Positions 30,698 to 40,298 of a DNA stretch of 58,644 nt are shown here, one piece after another. The stretch comes from Bdellovibrionales bacterium (GTDB taxonomy: Bacteria > Bdellovibrionota > Bdellovibrionia > Bdellovibrionales > UBA1609), in contig JABSOQ010000005.1 in NCBI GenBank assembly GCA_013216195.1, positions 1 through 58,644 on the forward strand, in the 5' to 3' direction. Position 1 is the first letter of the stretch. Each line of letters starts with the position of its first letter. The notes under the pieces are model-generated. The model made no database searches. It saw only the letters and a list, made by a program, of their open reading frames with translations, and had not been told where the DNA came from. The position numbers and the translations under genes were made by a program.

Positions 30698-31699
30698 ATG
30701 TCATTTGCTGGAAAAAAAATATTTGTTACTGGTGGTGCTGGGTTTATCGGCAGCCACATTGTCGAATCGCTAGTGAAAGCCGGGGCGACTGTGAAGGTCT
30801 ACGACAATTTCTCAAGCGGAAAGCGTGAGAACCTAGCCCCGTTCAAAGATGACATCGAGATTGTTGAGGGTGACATTCTAAACAAAGACCAACTCTCGGC
30901 CGCTATGAAAGGCTGCGACTGGGTTTCTCATCAGGCGGCACAGCTCGAGATCACGACTTGTGTCGAAGACCCTCTTTTTGATCTCAGGGTAAACACTGAA
31001 GGAACCTTGAATGTGTTCGACTCTGCACTAGAAAACAACGTGTCTCGAGTTGTGAGTGCTTCTTCAGCATGCGTATACGGCCAAGCTCGGTACGTACCTG
31101 AAGACGAAGACCACCCTCAGGTACCTAACTGGGCTTATGGCGTCAGCAAGCTTGCCGCAGAGAGATACGGTCTTGTTTACTCGAACACACACGATCTCCC
31201 TATATATAGCCTTCGCTACGCTATCGTGTACGGAGAAAGAGAATGGTACGGCAGAGTTCTCACCATCTTTTTGAAAAGGCTCCTCAAAGGTGAGCCTCCC
31301 GTTGTGTTTGGCGAAGGTGCTCAAGAGCGTGACTTCACCTATGTTGGAGACGCAGTCTCTTTGCACAATTCGTGCTTCGAAACAGAAGCTGCACCCACCT
31401 CCTTCAATGTTTCAACTGGCATTGGCACTTCGATCAAACAGCTCGCCCAGGAAATCATGCAAGTGCAAGATCTCGGAAAAGACATTCTGTTTGAAGATGT
31501 CAAGGTTGGTGAACACTCTCAACTGGTAGAGCAAAATAGGCAGCGACTACCTGAAGAGCTCGAGAAAATGATACTCTCAAACGAGAAAGCCCAGAAGCTT
31601 CTCAACTGGTCTCCAAAAATGAACCTCGCTGATGGGCTCAAGAGAGAGTTTGCTTGGCTGCAGCAAAACCCTAACTTTTGGGATAAAATGAGCTACTAA
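30698..31699 (+). CDS. NAD-dependent epimerase/dehydratase (extended SDR)
   Basis: KIFVTGGAGFIGSHIV and catalytic YGVSKLAAE (YxxxK). Confidence 0.85.
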   Translation: MSFAGKKIFVTGGAGFIGSHIVESLVKAGATVKVYDNFSSGKRENLAPFKDDIEIVEGDILNKDQLSAAMKGCDWVSHQAAQLEITTCVEDPLFDLRVNTEGTLNVFDSALENNVSRVVSASSACVYGQARYVPEDEDHPQVPNWAYGVSKLAAERYGLVYSNTHDLPIYSLRYAIVYGEREWYGRVLTIFLKRLLKGEPPVVFGEGAQERDFTYVGDAVSLHNSCFETEAAPTSFNVSTGIGTSIKQLAQEIMQVQDLGKDILFEDVKVGEHSQLVEQNRQRLPEELEKMILSNEKAQKLLNWSPKMNLADGLKREFAWLQQNPNFWDKMSY

Positions 31700-32322
31700 T
31701 GCAAGTGTTCTTCGACTTCGACGGCCCCATTCTTGATTGCTCTGTGAAGTATCACAACCTCTATTCAGAACTTATGAAAGATGAAGGACTCGATGTCTTA
31801 TCTTTGGAAGAGTACTGGGAGAAAAAGCGTGATCGCTGGAGTGAGCAATCAATCGTTGAACTTACTGCCCCTCACGGTTTTTTCGAAAGCTATCAGAAGA
31901 AACGCATTTCACTAATAGAGGACGTTTCACGAGTCGGAGATGACATCATGTGGCCACATGTCCCGACTATGCTCAAGCAAATCAGTCAGAATCACCAGCT
32001 TTTTCTTGTCACACTAAGGAACCGGCGCGAGACCTTGATGAAGCAGCTTGAGTCGCTTGGTATAAAAGAGCACTTTCTGCAAGTTCTAAACAAAGATAAC
32101 AACGAAGGCACATACAGAACAAAGGTTGAGCTTATCAAGCCTCATCTCTCTCAGCCTAGCTTAATTATTGGCGACACCGAAGTCGACGTTAAGGCAGGCC
32201 AGCAACTCGGTATGAAAACACTCGCGGTCAGCTGCGGAATTCGTAACGAAAAACATCTTTCAGAACTACAACCTGACGCCATTCTTTCATCTTCTTCTCA
32301 GATCTTTGACCACATCGACTAG
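31699..32322 (+). CDS. HAD-superfamily hydrolase/phosphatase
   Basis: Motif I VFFDFDGPILD and motif IV IIGDTEVDVKAG. The start shares one base with the upstream stop (TAATG). Confidence 0.75.
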   Translation: MQVFFDFDGPILDCSVKYHNLYSELMKDEGLDVLSLEEYWEKKRDRWSEQSIVELTAPHGFFESYQKKRISLIEDVSRVGDDIMWPHVPTMLKQISQNHQLFLVTLRNRRETLMKQLESLGIKEHFLQVLNKDNNEGTYRTKVELIKPHLSQPSLIIGDTEVDVKAGQQLGMKTLAVSCGIRNEKHLSELQPDAILSSSSQIFDHID

Positions 32323-32365
32323 GAGCCTTTTAGCTAAAACGCGCTCACTAATGGAAGGCGAGCAG

Positions 32366-34231
32366 CTACCCTCCCTGTAAGCAGAGCATAGGGTCTTTAT
32401 AGCTTTTAGGCGCTCCAAGCTTTCCTTTACAGAAGTTCTGAGACTCCATCTCCCAACCCAACTGAGAGCACAGTTTGTTTTGCCATTGCACAGGTACCTG
32501 CGGGTCAAAGTAGACCCAGTTGGCCTGTGCACACTTTAAAAAGTTCACCGTAAAGGCACGATAAGCTTCATTATCAGTTTGTATGCGTTTGACTACCTCT
32601 GGATGAAAGGCGAATGCCCTCATGAGGTTTTGAGTCAAAGGCTGCATACGAGACCCCACCATTATTTGACAGTCTGTCCGCCTCAGCTTTTGTGCGAGCT
32701 GATAATAACGCAGCAACTGTGAAAAACCCGTAGCTAGCGGTATGGGCAAACCTTGACCGCAATTGTCAATGCGGCTCGGTGGCGCACCGGCAACAGCTGG
32801 TTGAATTGCAGCGATCGGCATTTGGTTCATGAAAGGAGGGAAGTCTGCAATCATCACCAACGGAAAGGCAATGGGCACTGCCTTCAGCCACTTGGGAGCC
32901 TTCCCTAGCTTTGCTTTCTGTTTGCCCTTTTTACCTTTTCTCGGCTGCAGCTTGTACTGTTGAAGCCAAAAGTTGAGAAACATACAAGCCACAATGATTG
33001 TAGCGAAATGCACCCCCACCCCAGCACGGCTCGAAACCCTAAACTGAGAGAGAACCGAATAGATCAATGTGGCGAGTCCATAATCAGAGCCCAGTGAGAC
33101 CCAAAAACAAAAAACTGCAAACACCACAAAAAATATCATGGTCGGAGCCAAGCCTTCGTCGATCAAGTCTCTCCGCTTTATTGCATCTATCAACCACCAA
33201 ACAGCCGCAAAGAACAAAAACAGAATGACCCAACGTATACTGTTGGCCCGCTCATGAGGGTTGCTGTTTTTCATATTTTTAAACAGAGAACTCGTTATAG
33301 CCCCTCGGATAGGGTTCCAGTCGCCCTCTCCTAAGCCCGTGTCACCGGCAATGTAGTCGATGGGGTGAGCTGCGAATTGTGACAGAAAAGGATGAATCTC
33401 TCCCTTCTTAGTTTCACCAGTGACCGGCATAACGTTGGCGCCGCCTTTAACGAAATCAGAAGGTGCCGGTCTTGCAAAGCTCCAGCCCAGAAGCATGACG
33501 GCCGGCAAGACAGCAACAAGCAGGCGAAGCGTTGCGGGCTTCCAGTTCTGTCTTACGCTTTCGGGAAGATAATAAAAGCCAATAAAAAAAGGACTCAAAA
33601 ACACAGCCAACACAACATGGTAGTGAGCGGTCATTGAAGCTATCAAAAACAGCACAGCTGCTAGTGCTACACTTTTTTTCTTGTCTGATCGCTGCAATAT
33701 GACGAGGCCTAGAAAGATTAGCGGCAAGTGGTACAAACCAGCTAGACCCATATGAACCTTGGCTCGGGCTCGAGTGAAAGCATTAAATGCCCAGGCTATG
33801 CCCGCTGCTGCCGCCAACCAGCGCGGCCACTTCATGGCACGGCCTAAAAAGAACATCCCCATGGCATTCAACACCAACAAAGTCCAACCTATGGCGACCG
33901 ATCGCTGCTCAGCTATAACAAAAGGAGAGTAGACTACAGACAAGATCTTTCTCATCCAACCAATCCAAAGAGCGTTACCGTAGGGAGCATTGTACTGCCT
34001 GTTAGGTACGGCTCCATACATCAAATGCCCAGGGTGTTCTGAGGCCACATTGTCAATAATTGAAAAATGAAAAGGCAGCGAGGTCGGATCAGTGCCATCA
34101 CTCAAAACCTTCGTGTGATCTGAGTTCATGAGATACTGTGCCCCTGGCGAGAGGTACATATAGCCCAGAACTACGATACAAACCAAATAGAGAAGAGAAT
34201 AGGTCAGCTCATTCTTGTTTTCTTTTGTCAT
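32366..34231 (-). CDS. Large polytopic membrane protein (GT-C / YfhO-like candidate)
   Basis: 621 aa with many hydrophobic helices in the N-terminal two-thirds and a soluble C-terminal region. Lies within the glycan block. Function is inferred from context only. Confidence 0.5.
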   Translation of the reverse strand: MTKENKNELTYSLLYLVCIVVLGYMYLSPGAQYLMNSDHTKVLSDGTDPTSLPFHFSIIDNVASEHPGHLMYGAVPNRQYNAPYGNALWIGWMRKILSVVYSPFVIAEQRSVAIGWTLLVLNAMGMFFLGRAMKWPRWLAAAAGIAWAFNAFTRARAKVHMGLAGLYHLPLIFLGLVILQRSDKKKSVALAAVLFLIASMTAHYHVVLAVFLSPFFIGFYYLPESVRQNWKPATLRLLVAVLPAVMLLGWSFARPAPSDFVKGGANVMPVTGETKKGEIHPFLSQFAAHPIDYIAGDTGLGEGDWNPIRGAITSSLFKNMKNSNPHERANSIRWVILFLFFAAVWWLIDAIKRRDLIDEGLAPTMIFFVVFAVFCFWVSLGSDYGLATLIYSVLSQFRVSSRAGVGVHFATIIVACMFLNFWLQQYKLQPRKGKKGKQKAKLGKAPKWLKAVPIAFPLVMIADFPPFMNQMPIAAIQPAVAGAPPSRIDNCGQGLPIPLATGFSQLLRYYQLAQKLRRTDCQIMVGSRMQPLTQNLMRAFAFHPEVVKRIQTDNEAYRAFTVNFLKCAQANWVYFDPQVPVQWQNKLCSQLGWEMESQNFCKGKLGAPKSYKDPMLCLQGG

Positions 34232-35445
34232 GAATCTCCTACGACAGATTCTGGCACTTGTGGCCGTCTGCCCTCTAGATGAGGAAGCAAGTAAAACAGG
34301 CCAATATTGATCACAGACATAATCGCCAAGTAAGTTGTCACTTCAATACGAACAAGTGAAAAGATCACTAGCTCTGCCAGTAACACCAGGCTAGCTATTG
34401 CTACAGGCCGAATGTGAACGCCGGCACAGTATTGCTGAACCAAAACAAACATTCCTAAGCGTCCCATAATTGTTACGCAAGATAAGAATATCCAAACGCG
34501 GTACTGAGTGAGATCAAACCCAAGCATCCACTCCAATACCGGAGGAGCCGTAACACTTGCAACACCGGCTAAAGCAAAGCCACTTAACAAAAAGAGAGAG
34601 CGAAACCGAAGACCAGTGAAGAAGCTAAAAGTCCCCTGCCCTTCGCGAGCTGCGCGAATCTGAAAAGGTAGCAGCCAAGAAGCACCAATACTAAGGCCGA
34701 AGAAAAGAGCTTTAAAAATTAAACTCACTCTTGAAAATTGGCCTAGAGTCTCTGGATCTTGAGTCCAGTTCACTACAAGAATATCAAGCTGCGGTGTGAT
34801 CACTGAGCAAAACGACAGCAGCATCGCCGCAACTGCTAGTCTCCACAGGGGCTCACTTGATTTTTTATCTGTGACTTTAGTTTCGTCCGATTTCTTGAAC
34901 TGAAATATCACAACTAAAATTGAGAAAAAAGCTGCTGGGAGGAGGCAAACTGTAAAGGCCCACGCGTAGAGATCTAAAGAAGATGAGAACAAAGAATCAA
35001 ATCTCGGAATCACAAGTTTACTAGAGGCTTTGAGCACCAAGCTAGTACCCAATGCATAAAACAGCAATCGCCTCTGGATTTGACCATCAACCCATGAGAA
35101 CACAAGCCGCAACATGATGGCAACAAAACCAGCAAATAGGAGTGGCATCGAGAGCTCTGACAGCACCGCTACTGAAAAGCTAAGCCCCCCGAGCCCAAGA
35201 GCAATCAAACACAAGCCAATGACTTTCTTGCTGCCGAGATCTATAAAGTTTGAAAAGTAATTAAAAAACATCGCCAAAGACATCAGAGTCGAGACCTTCG
35301 CCAGCCACGAGGTGAAGTCACCGAACTCTATGAGAGTCAAACCGCGACTCGCATCAAGCTGAAACAGATAATTACCCACACCTGCCAAAACGTTGCAGGC
35401 AGCAAAATAGAGCCCCTGCTTCTTTGACATCGTTGTGGGTTTCAT
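34228..35445 (-). CDS. Polytopic membrane protein, Wzx-type flippase candidate
   Basis: 405 aa, roughly 10-12 predicted helices. Its stop codon overlaps the start of the downstream 32366..34231 gene (ATGA). The call is weak and context-based. Confidence 0.45.
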   Translation of the reverse strand: MKPTTMSKKQGLYFAACNVLAGVGNYLFQLDASRGLTLIEFGDFTSWLAKVSTLMSLAMFFNYFSNFIDLGSKKVIGLCLIALGLGGLSFSVAVLSELSMPLLFAGFVAIMLRLVFSWVDGQIQRRLLFYALGTSLVLKASSKLVIPRFDSLFSSSLDLYAWAFTVCLLPAAFFSILVVIFQFKKSDETKVTDKKSSEPLWRLAVAAMLLSFCSVITPQLDILVVNWTQDPETLGQFSRVSLIFKALFFGLSIGASWLLPFQIRAAREGQGTFSFFTGLRFRSLFLLSGFALAGVASVTAPPVLEWMLGFDLTQYRVWIFLSCVTIMGRLGMFVLVQQYCAGVHIRPVAIASLVLLAELVIFSLVRIEVTTYLAIMSVINIGLFYLLPHLEGRRPQVPESVVGDS

Positions 35446-35585
35446 CAGCTGATCCTAGCAGAGTGAAGCAACAGAATTGCGTTAAAGTACTAAAACCACA
35501 TTATATTTTTCAAAAACAGTGATGAAAATGCCTATCCCGACATCTTGACCTTTGACTAGAGCTTCAGTAGCTTGCGAGAAGTAAA

Positions 35586-36728
35586 TCAATGATCTAGCTG
35601 AGTTGGTTGCTGGGTCTCTGGCACAATCTGACTAGGCATAGAGTTAACAATTTGTCTTGACCAATCTGAAGGCTGAAGTGAGTTCACATAAGAGATGAAC
35701 CGCGCAACTGGGCGATCCATAGGCTGCAGAGCTGCCGAGTTAAATCTGATATTTTCATACACTTTGCCGTCTTCACCTTGCAAAAAATGAAAGCCCCATT
35801 TTGCACTGTTAAGAAGAAGCCAACTCAATGCTTTGCCCAAAAAACCTTTTCTTCTTTTAGTCACAAAAATTGGAGTCACCTTAGATTTACCGAGTTCGAC
35901 TTGGGAGTAAGCAAAAATAGTATGCACTGCAGGCAAGCGGTACTTACCGAAAGCCTTCACATCTTTCAAAGTTGTAAGCAAACCGACTGTGGCATCAACA
36001 TATTTCATACCATAACTGTAGCTATCTCCTATGCACCTCGCCATCAGCCGACCCACAAAGCTATCTTGAGGTATCTTACCCGTTAAAACGATATGCAAAG
36101 AGGTAGGCTCAGTTTGGTCCATATTCACATTCATATCCATATGAATGTTATGAACTGTCGAGAGATGCTGCGGATCGATGCCGTTGATCATCGTCACGTG
36201 ATAGTGACAACTTCTCTGGTAAGAAAGGCCAGCCTTTGAATCAACCTCAGAGCCTTCAAGCTCAGGTAGTTCAGGCACCGGATATGGAGCTTTAGACTCA
36301 GGCCAAACCCAAATGAAGCCGTACCTCTCTTCAACGGCATAGCCTCTTAGGTAGAGCTGCCTGGGCTCTGGCTGACCACTTGGTATATGTTGGCACTTCC
36401 CCTTGCCGTCGAATTGCCAATGATGAAAAAAACATCGTATGTTCTCACCGCAAACCTTGCCCAACCCCAAATCAACACCCATGTGTGGGCAGAAACCATC
36501 GGTGCAATAAACTTCTCCAGACTGGCCCCTAAAAAGCACAACCCTTTGGCCGCAAAGGTCCATCGAATGCGGAGCCTTTTTTAAAGCGGCACTTGGCATT
36601 GCGAGATACCAGCCCTTTGTTACGACCTCCCAATTATTAAAGACTGGGTGAGAACGAAATGGCTGTGTCTTTTGGTTTTTCTCTCTGTTCAAGCTGATCC
36701 TCTTCTTCACCTTTGCAAAGCTCTTCAA
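35586..36728 (-). CDS. Rieske [2Fe-2S] non-haem iron oxygenase, paralog 1
   Basis: Rieske CPHMGVDLGLGKVCGENIRCFFHHWQF (CxH...CxxH). Mononuclear iron motif NGIDPQHLSTVH (DxxHxxxxH). Confidence 0.8.
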   Translation of the reverse strand: MKSFAKVKKRISLNREKNQKTQPFRSHPVFNNWEVVTKGWYLAMPSAALKKAPHSMDLCGQRVVLFRGQSGEVYCTDGFCPHMGVDLGLGKVCGENIRCFFHHWQFDGKGKCQHIPSGQPEPRQLYLRGYAVEERYGFIWVWPESKAPYPVPELPELEGSEVDSKAGLSYQRSCHYHVTMINGIDPQHLSTVHNIHMDMNVNMDQTEPTSLHIVLTGKIPQDSFVGRLMARCIGDSYSYGMKYVDATVGLLTTLKDVKAFGKYRLPAVHTIFAYSQVELGKSKVTPIFVTKRRKGFLGKALSWLLLNSAKWGFHFLQGEDGKVYENIRFNSAALQPMDRPVARFISYVNSLQPSDWSRQIVNSMPSQIVPETQQPTQLDH

Positions 36729-37479
36729 ACAATTCTTTATCTTTTCCGGTCAATATCGCCTCTAAACTCGAGATGGCCTTAACACAATCAATCGCGAGAA
36801 ACGCGGTGTGGTTGTAGCCAACTCCGAGTCGCAACACTTTTGCTCCGTTTGCTTTTTCAGACAAGCTGATGGCTCCGATAGATATCGCCGTCGGCCCCAT
36901 AGGAGCTACCAACATCCCCTTGTCGATCCACTCTTGCCCAAACAAACAACTAACAGAGATTCCGCCAGCCTTTTTAGCAAACAAGTGAGGCATTCGGTAA
37001 GCTGCAAAACAAACAACCTTTAGCAACATTCTGTTCAGAAAGTGGTTTGAATGATCGGCACAGAACTTCGCAATGGGATACCTCTCGGCTTCGCCCTTAG
37101 CTGCAAGACCCATCTCACGACTTAAGCCTTCAACTGTTTTGTTCTGGGCTTGCTCGATCACGGTCGCTGTCAGGTGAGTTTCACCATTTCTCTTCATCAA
37201 CAAAGGCAGGTTGACTCTAGGCTCAGAGAACTCAATGAGCCGAGGACCCAATAGAGTAGACAGAACGACCCTGTGAGACTGTGGCTGACGCCTATGCAAA
37301 AGTGCAGCGGCCTTAACTAAAATGGCCGTTAAGGGTATCTTGTCCCACCCACCAAAACGTCTTGAAAGGGCTGAAATGTCTACGTCAATTTGCCCGGGGT
37401 TGAAAAACTGAGTTTTCCCAATCTTGAGAAGTTGATACCTAAGAAACCACTCTGACAGAGTTAGCTTGCGAACTACCAC
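36637..37479 (-). CDS. CAT/E2-like acyltransferase-fold protein (2-oxoacid dehydrogenase acyltransferase catalytic-domain family), divergent active site
   Basis: The order of segments matches the E2 catalytic-domain layout: DVDISAL, IPLTAILVKAAALLHRRQP, GGISVSCLFG, LRLGVGYNHTAFLAIDCVKAISSLEAIL. The usual DHRxxDG reads YNHTAFLAID. Confidence 0.45.
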   Translation of the reverse strand: MVVRKLTLSEWFLRYQLLKIGKTQFFNPGQIDVDISALSRRFGGWDKIPLTAILVKAAALLHRRQPQSHRVVLSTLLGPRLIEFSEPRVNLPLLMKRNGETHLTATVIEQAQNKTVEGLSREMGLAAKGEAERYPIAKFCADHSNHFLNRMLLKVVCFAAYRMPHLFAKKAGGISVSCLFGQEWIDKGMLVAPMGPTAISIGAISLSEKANGAKVLRLGVGYNHTAFLAIDCVKAISSLEAILTGKDKELFEELCKGEEEDQLEQREKPKDTAISFSPSL

Positions 37480-38555
37480 GTCCCCTCCTCGAGCCCTTCA
37501 ATTTGCTTTATGAATTCAACACTGGCGCGGTCTTTGTCTACAAAAACCTGGGGATTAAACTTCATGTGAGGATAAGCCTTCACATCATCATCTTTTAAAG
37601 CCAATAGCACAGCATAAGAGAAAACCTTGTAAAGCAGTCTCTTCAATGGTGCAAAGAAGCCGCGAAGATTCGGGTACAACACAAAAAAGTCGGTATCGCT
37701 AACGCCTTTCTCATTTGCAAATGACGACCATGCAATTTGAACACTTGGAATCTTCCAAGCATTGCTTTTGCCAAACAGTCTTGCCCCAACTCCGTATTCA
37801 ATTTTTACCAAATTGCCACCAAAGAACTCGACTTCGTATTGAAACTTTCCGCCAAGTAGCCAATGAGCCATCTTGGTCAAAACGTTTTCCTTAGGTATCT
37901 CACCAGAAATCTGCCAAAGGTAATGCGACTCAGATAACTCGCGGGTTTCGAATTTAAAATCAATATCGAGATTGTGAACCGAAAAGAAGTGATGAAGATC
38001 AACAGCACTCATCATCAAAGCATGGTGATGTACAAACAACTTTGTTCGACCAAGCCGCTGCCCAGCCAAGCCCACAAAGGGAAAAGGCAACACCTTTTTA
38101 GAGTCTGAGTGCACCCATATCATTCCCCACTTTTCGACTACTGAGTAGGTACTCAACTTAGCACAATTCGGCAGACGATCAGTTGAGGGCACATGCTCTA
38201 GGTTGCCCTGATCACCAGAAAACTCCCACTGGTGGAAGTAGCACTGTATGTTCTCGCCTTTAACTTTTCCGTTGCCCAGATCAGCACCAAAATGAGGGCA
38301 AAAAGCATCGATCGCATAAACGCGGCCAGACTCACCACGAAAAAGTGTAACCCTCTGCTTACCCAATGTGACAGATCTCGCTTGTAGACCTGCAAGCGCA
38401 GCCGAAGGTAAAACCGAATACCATGACCTGGTCAAAAATCCTGGCTGGTTGAGCACACGAAAATGTCTAGCTGGTTGAGTTTGCTCATTCAACCATCGAG
38501 AGGCTCCATCTTTAGGCTGGTTTCTCCAGTGCTGGGTGTCCTGCATGCTCCACAT
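37473..38555 (-). CDS. Rieske [2Fe-2S] non-haem iron oxygenase, paralog 2
   Basis: CPHFGADLGNGKVKGENIQCYFHQWEF and SAVDLHHFFSVH. Confidence 0.8.
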   Translation of the reverse strand: MWSMQDTQHWRNQPKDGASRWLNEQTQPARHFRVLNQPGFLTRSWYSVLPSAALAGLQARSVTLGKQRVTLFRGESGRVYAIDAFCPHFGADLGNGKVKGENIQCYFHQWEFSGDQGNLEHVPSTDRLPNCAKLSTYSVVEKWGMIWVHSDSKKVLPFPFVGLAGQRLGRTKLFVHHHALMMSAVDLHHFFSVHNLDIDFKFETRELSESHYLWQISGEIPKENVLTKMAHWLLGGKFQYEVEFFGGNLVKIEYGVGARLFGKSNAWKIPSVQIAWSSFANEKGVSDTDFFVLYPNLRGFFAPLKRLLYKVFSYAVLLALKDDDVKAYPHMKFNPQVFVDKDRASVEFIKQIEGLEEGTW

Positions 38556-38663
38556 CAGAGCAAATCTTCAGGAGTTGGTCGAGCCAAAAAATAGTCATTG
38601 CGGCTCGCAATACGTGCGTTTAGCCTAATTGGGTCTCAATTTACTTCTCTAGAAAGGATTCTT

Positions 38664-40259
38664 ATGAGGTCATTACTTATTATTCTTCTATCATGCGTTG
38701 TTTGCATGCCCGCCTTGGCAAAAAAAGTAAATAAAAGAACACAAATCAAAGTCCCAAAGATTCGTAAAAGAACCTTTAACGACAACTACTTCAAAACTAT
38801 CGACAAAAAGCTCGAGGCGCAGAGAAAGAAGCTACAAAAAGACGGTAAAAAGAGAAAGATCGCGCAAGAGAGAGAGTACAGCCAAAACGATGTGGCTCAA
38901 GATGTTCAAGAACTTGGCCGTCAGTGGCAAAACCAGCTAACTCCTGAGGGCCTACACAGAGTCATGACTGCTGCTATAGCAAGAGCCAACAGCCCTTCTA
39001 ACGAAGTCAGCAATGCCTACAAATTGCTAGCTGGTACTTTTGAAGTCTCTATCCGAATGAGAGGTATGATCTGGAAGCTTCGCCCAATGGTTGAAGACAA
39101 CGGCAACAAGATGACTCATATTGCTGCTATTCAAATCATTCGAGGTATTTCAAACAGCATTGCAGATTTACTGCCAAACCAGCAGTTCACCACTTACAAG
39201 CAATACATTCACAAACCAGCTCCTGAATTTACTGAAGCTGACAGATTCAGATCAGTCTCTGAACTTCAAGCCTACCTTGTAAGCGGCTTGAACGGACAAC
39301 CAGGATTAATTGAGACCTTGAAAGTCGTAACCACCAAACTTGAGGCTCTAACACAGGCTCGGCCCAATGAAATCTATGTCTACGACAACAAGTGGGCTTG
39401 GGGTAAGAACGAGTTCCCTCGTGGCCGAGATGTGGTTGAATTTTCACCTATTGGCTACGGTGAGAAAAACCTTATCATCAGCTCTTTGTACGAGGCACAA
39501 AGAGACATTCTTGTGTTTGCTGCCTACAACCATGACCGCATGATCAATCTAGCCGGTGAACTCAGTACAGGCGTGGGCATCGATGCTTTCGGTCTTGATC
39601 GTGTTCTTACAAGTGACGAATGGGGTATGTCTGATCGCGAGAAGTTTGGCATCATCCGTGATGAAGTTCGAAAAGATCGCAATAGAAGCTACATGTCACT
39701 CAAAGGCGGCAAAGACGGTCTTGGTCAAGATTTGATGGTTCAGGCACACAACGCTATGGTCACCTCTATCTCTCACTTTGTTACTGCCTACAATCACTTC
39801 AACGACCCATCTACTGGTGGCGCAGACAACAGACCAGAAGAAGTTCGTAAATACTCAGATAAGGGTATCGAAAACCTTTTGGAAATCGCTAACTCAACTG
39901 GCTCAATGACTGTCCGAGAGCCTCTTACTGGGAAGACGGCTTCAATAAACGCTTATGCCTTCTATCACGACTCTCCCCTACATCTCGATGATCTCTTCGC
40001 CACTACTTTTTATGGTGACCCAGGCTCAAGAGCAGAAGAGAGAGTCAGAGAGTACACAGTAAAAGGAGCTGAGGGCGATCTTAAGTGGAGAAACTATGAC
40101 CTCGGTAGATCGAAAGGCTGGAGCAAATCGGCCTGGATCAAATACGTGCCTTCGTTTGCTGGTCAAGACGCTGGTTATATGATGGAAGCAAAAAGAATCA
40201 TCTCTTCAAGCCAAGGTACAGCTTTTGCCTTCGGTCTAACTAACGTTTTCGTACACTAA
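38664..40259 (+). CDS. Secreted protein of unknown function
   Basis: ATG at 38664 follows AAAGGA. The signal MRSLLIILLSCVVCMPALA is followed by a Lys/Arg-rich segment. No motif recognised. Confidence 0.6.
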   Translation: MRSLLIILLSCVVCMPALAKKVNKRTQIKVPKIRKRTFNDNYFKTIDKKLEAQRKKLQKDGKKRKIAQEREYSQNDVAQDVQELGRQWQNQLTPEGLHRVMTAAIARANSPSNEVSNAYKLLAGTFEVSIRMRGMIWKLRPMVEDNGNKMTHIAAIQIIRGISNSIADLLPNQQFTTYKQYIHKPAPEFTEADRFRSVSELQAYLVSGLNGQPGLIETLKVVTTKLEALTQARPNEIYVYDNKWAWGKNEFPRGRDVVEFSPIGYGEKNLIISSLYEAQRDILVFAAYNHDRMINLAGELSTGVGIDAFGLDRVLTSDEWGMSDREKFGIIRDEVRKDRNRSYMSLKGGKDGLGQDLMVQAHNAMVTSISHFVTAYNHFNDPSTGGADNRPEEVRKYSDKGIENLLEIANSTGSMTVREPLTGKTASINAYAFYHDSPLHLDDLFATTFYGDPGSRAEERVREYTVKGAEGDLKWRNYDLGRSKGWSKSAWIKYVPSFAGQDAGYMMEAKRIISSSQGTAFAFGLTNVFVH

Positions 40260-40269
40260 AAAAGATTTT

Positions 40270-40296
40270 GGTACCAACCCACCTCGGGTTGGTACC
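40270..40296. terminator. Bidirectional stem-loop between convergent genes
   Basis: 11-bp perfect stem GGTACCAACCC (40270-40280) / GGGTTGGTACC (40286-40296) with a 5-nt loop. It lies 10 nt after the plus-gene stop and 2 nt after the minus-gene stop. Confidence 0.55.
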
Positions 40297-40298
40297 CT

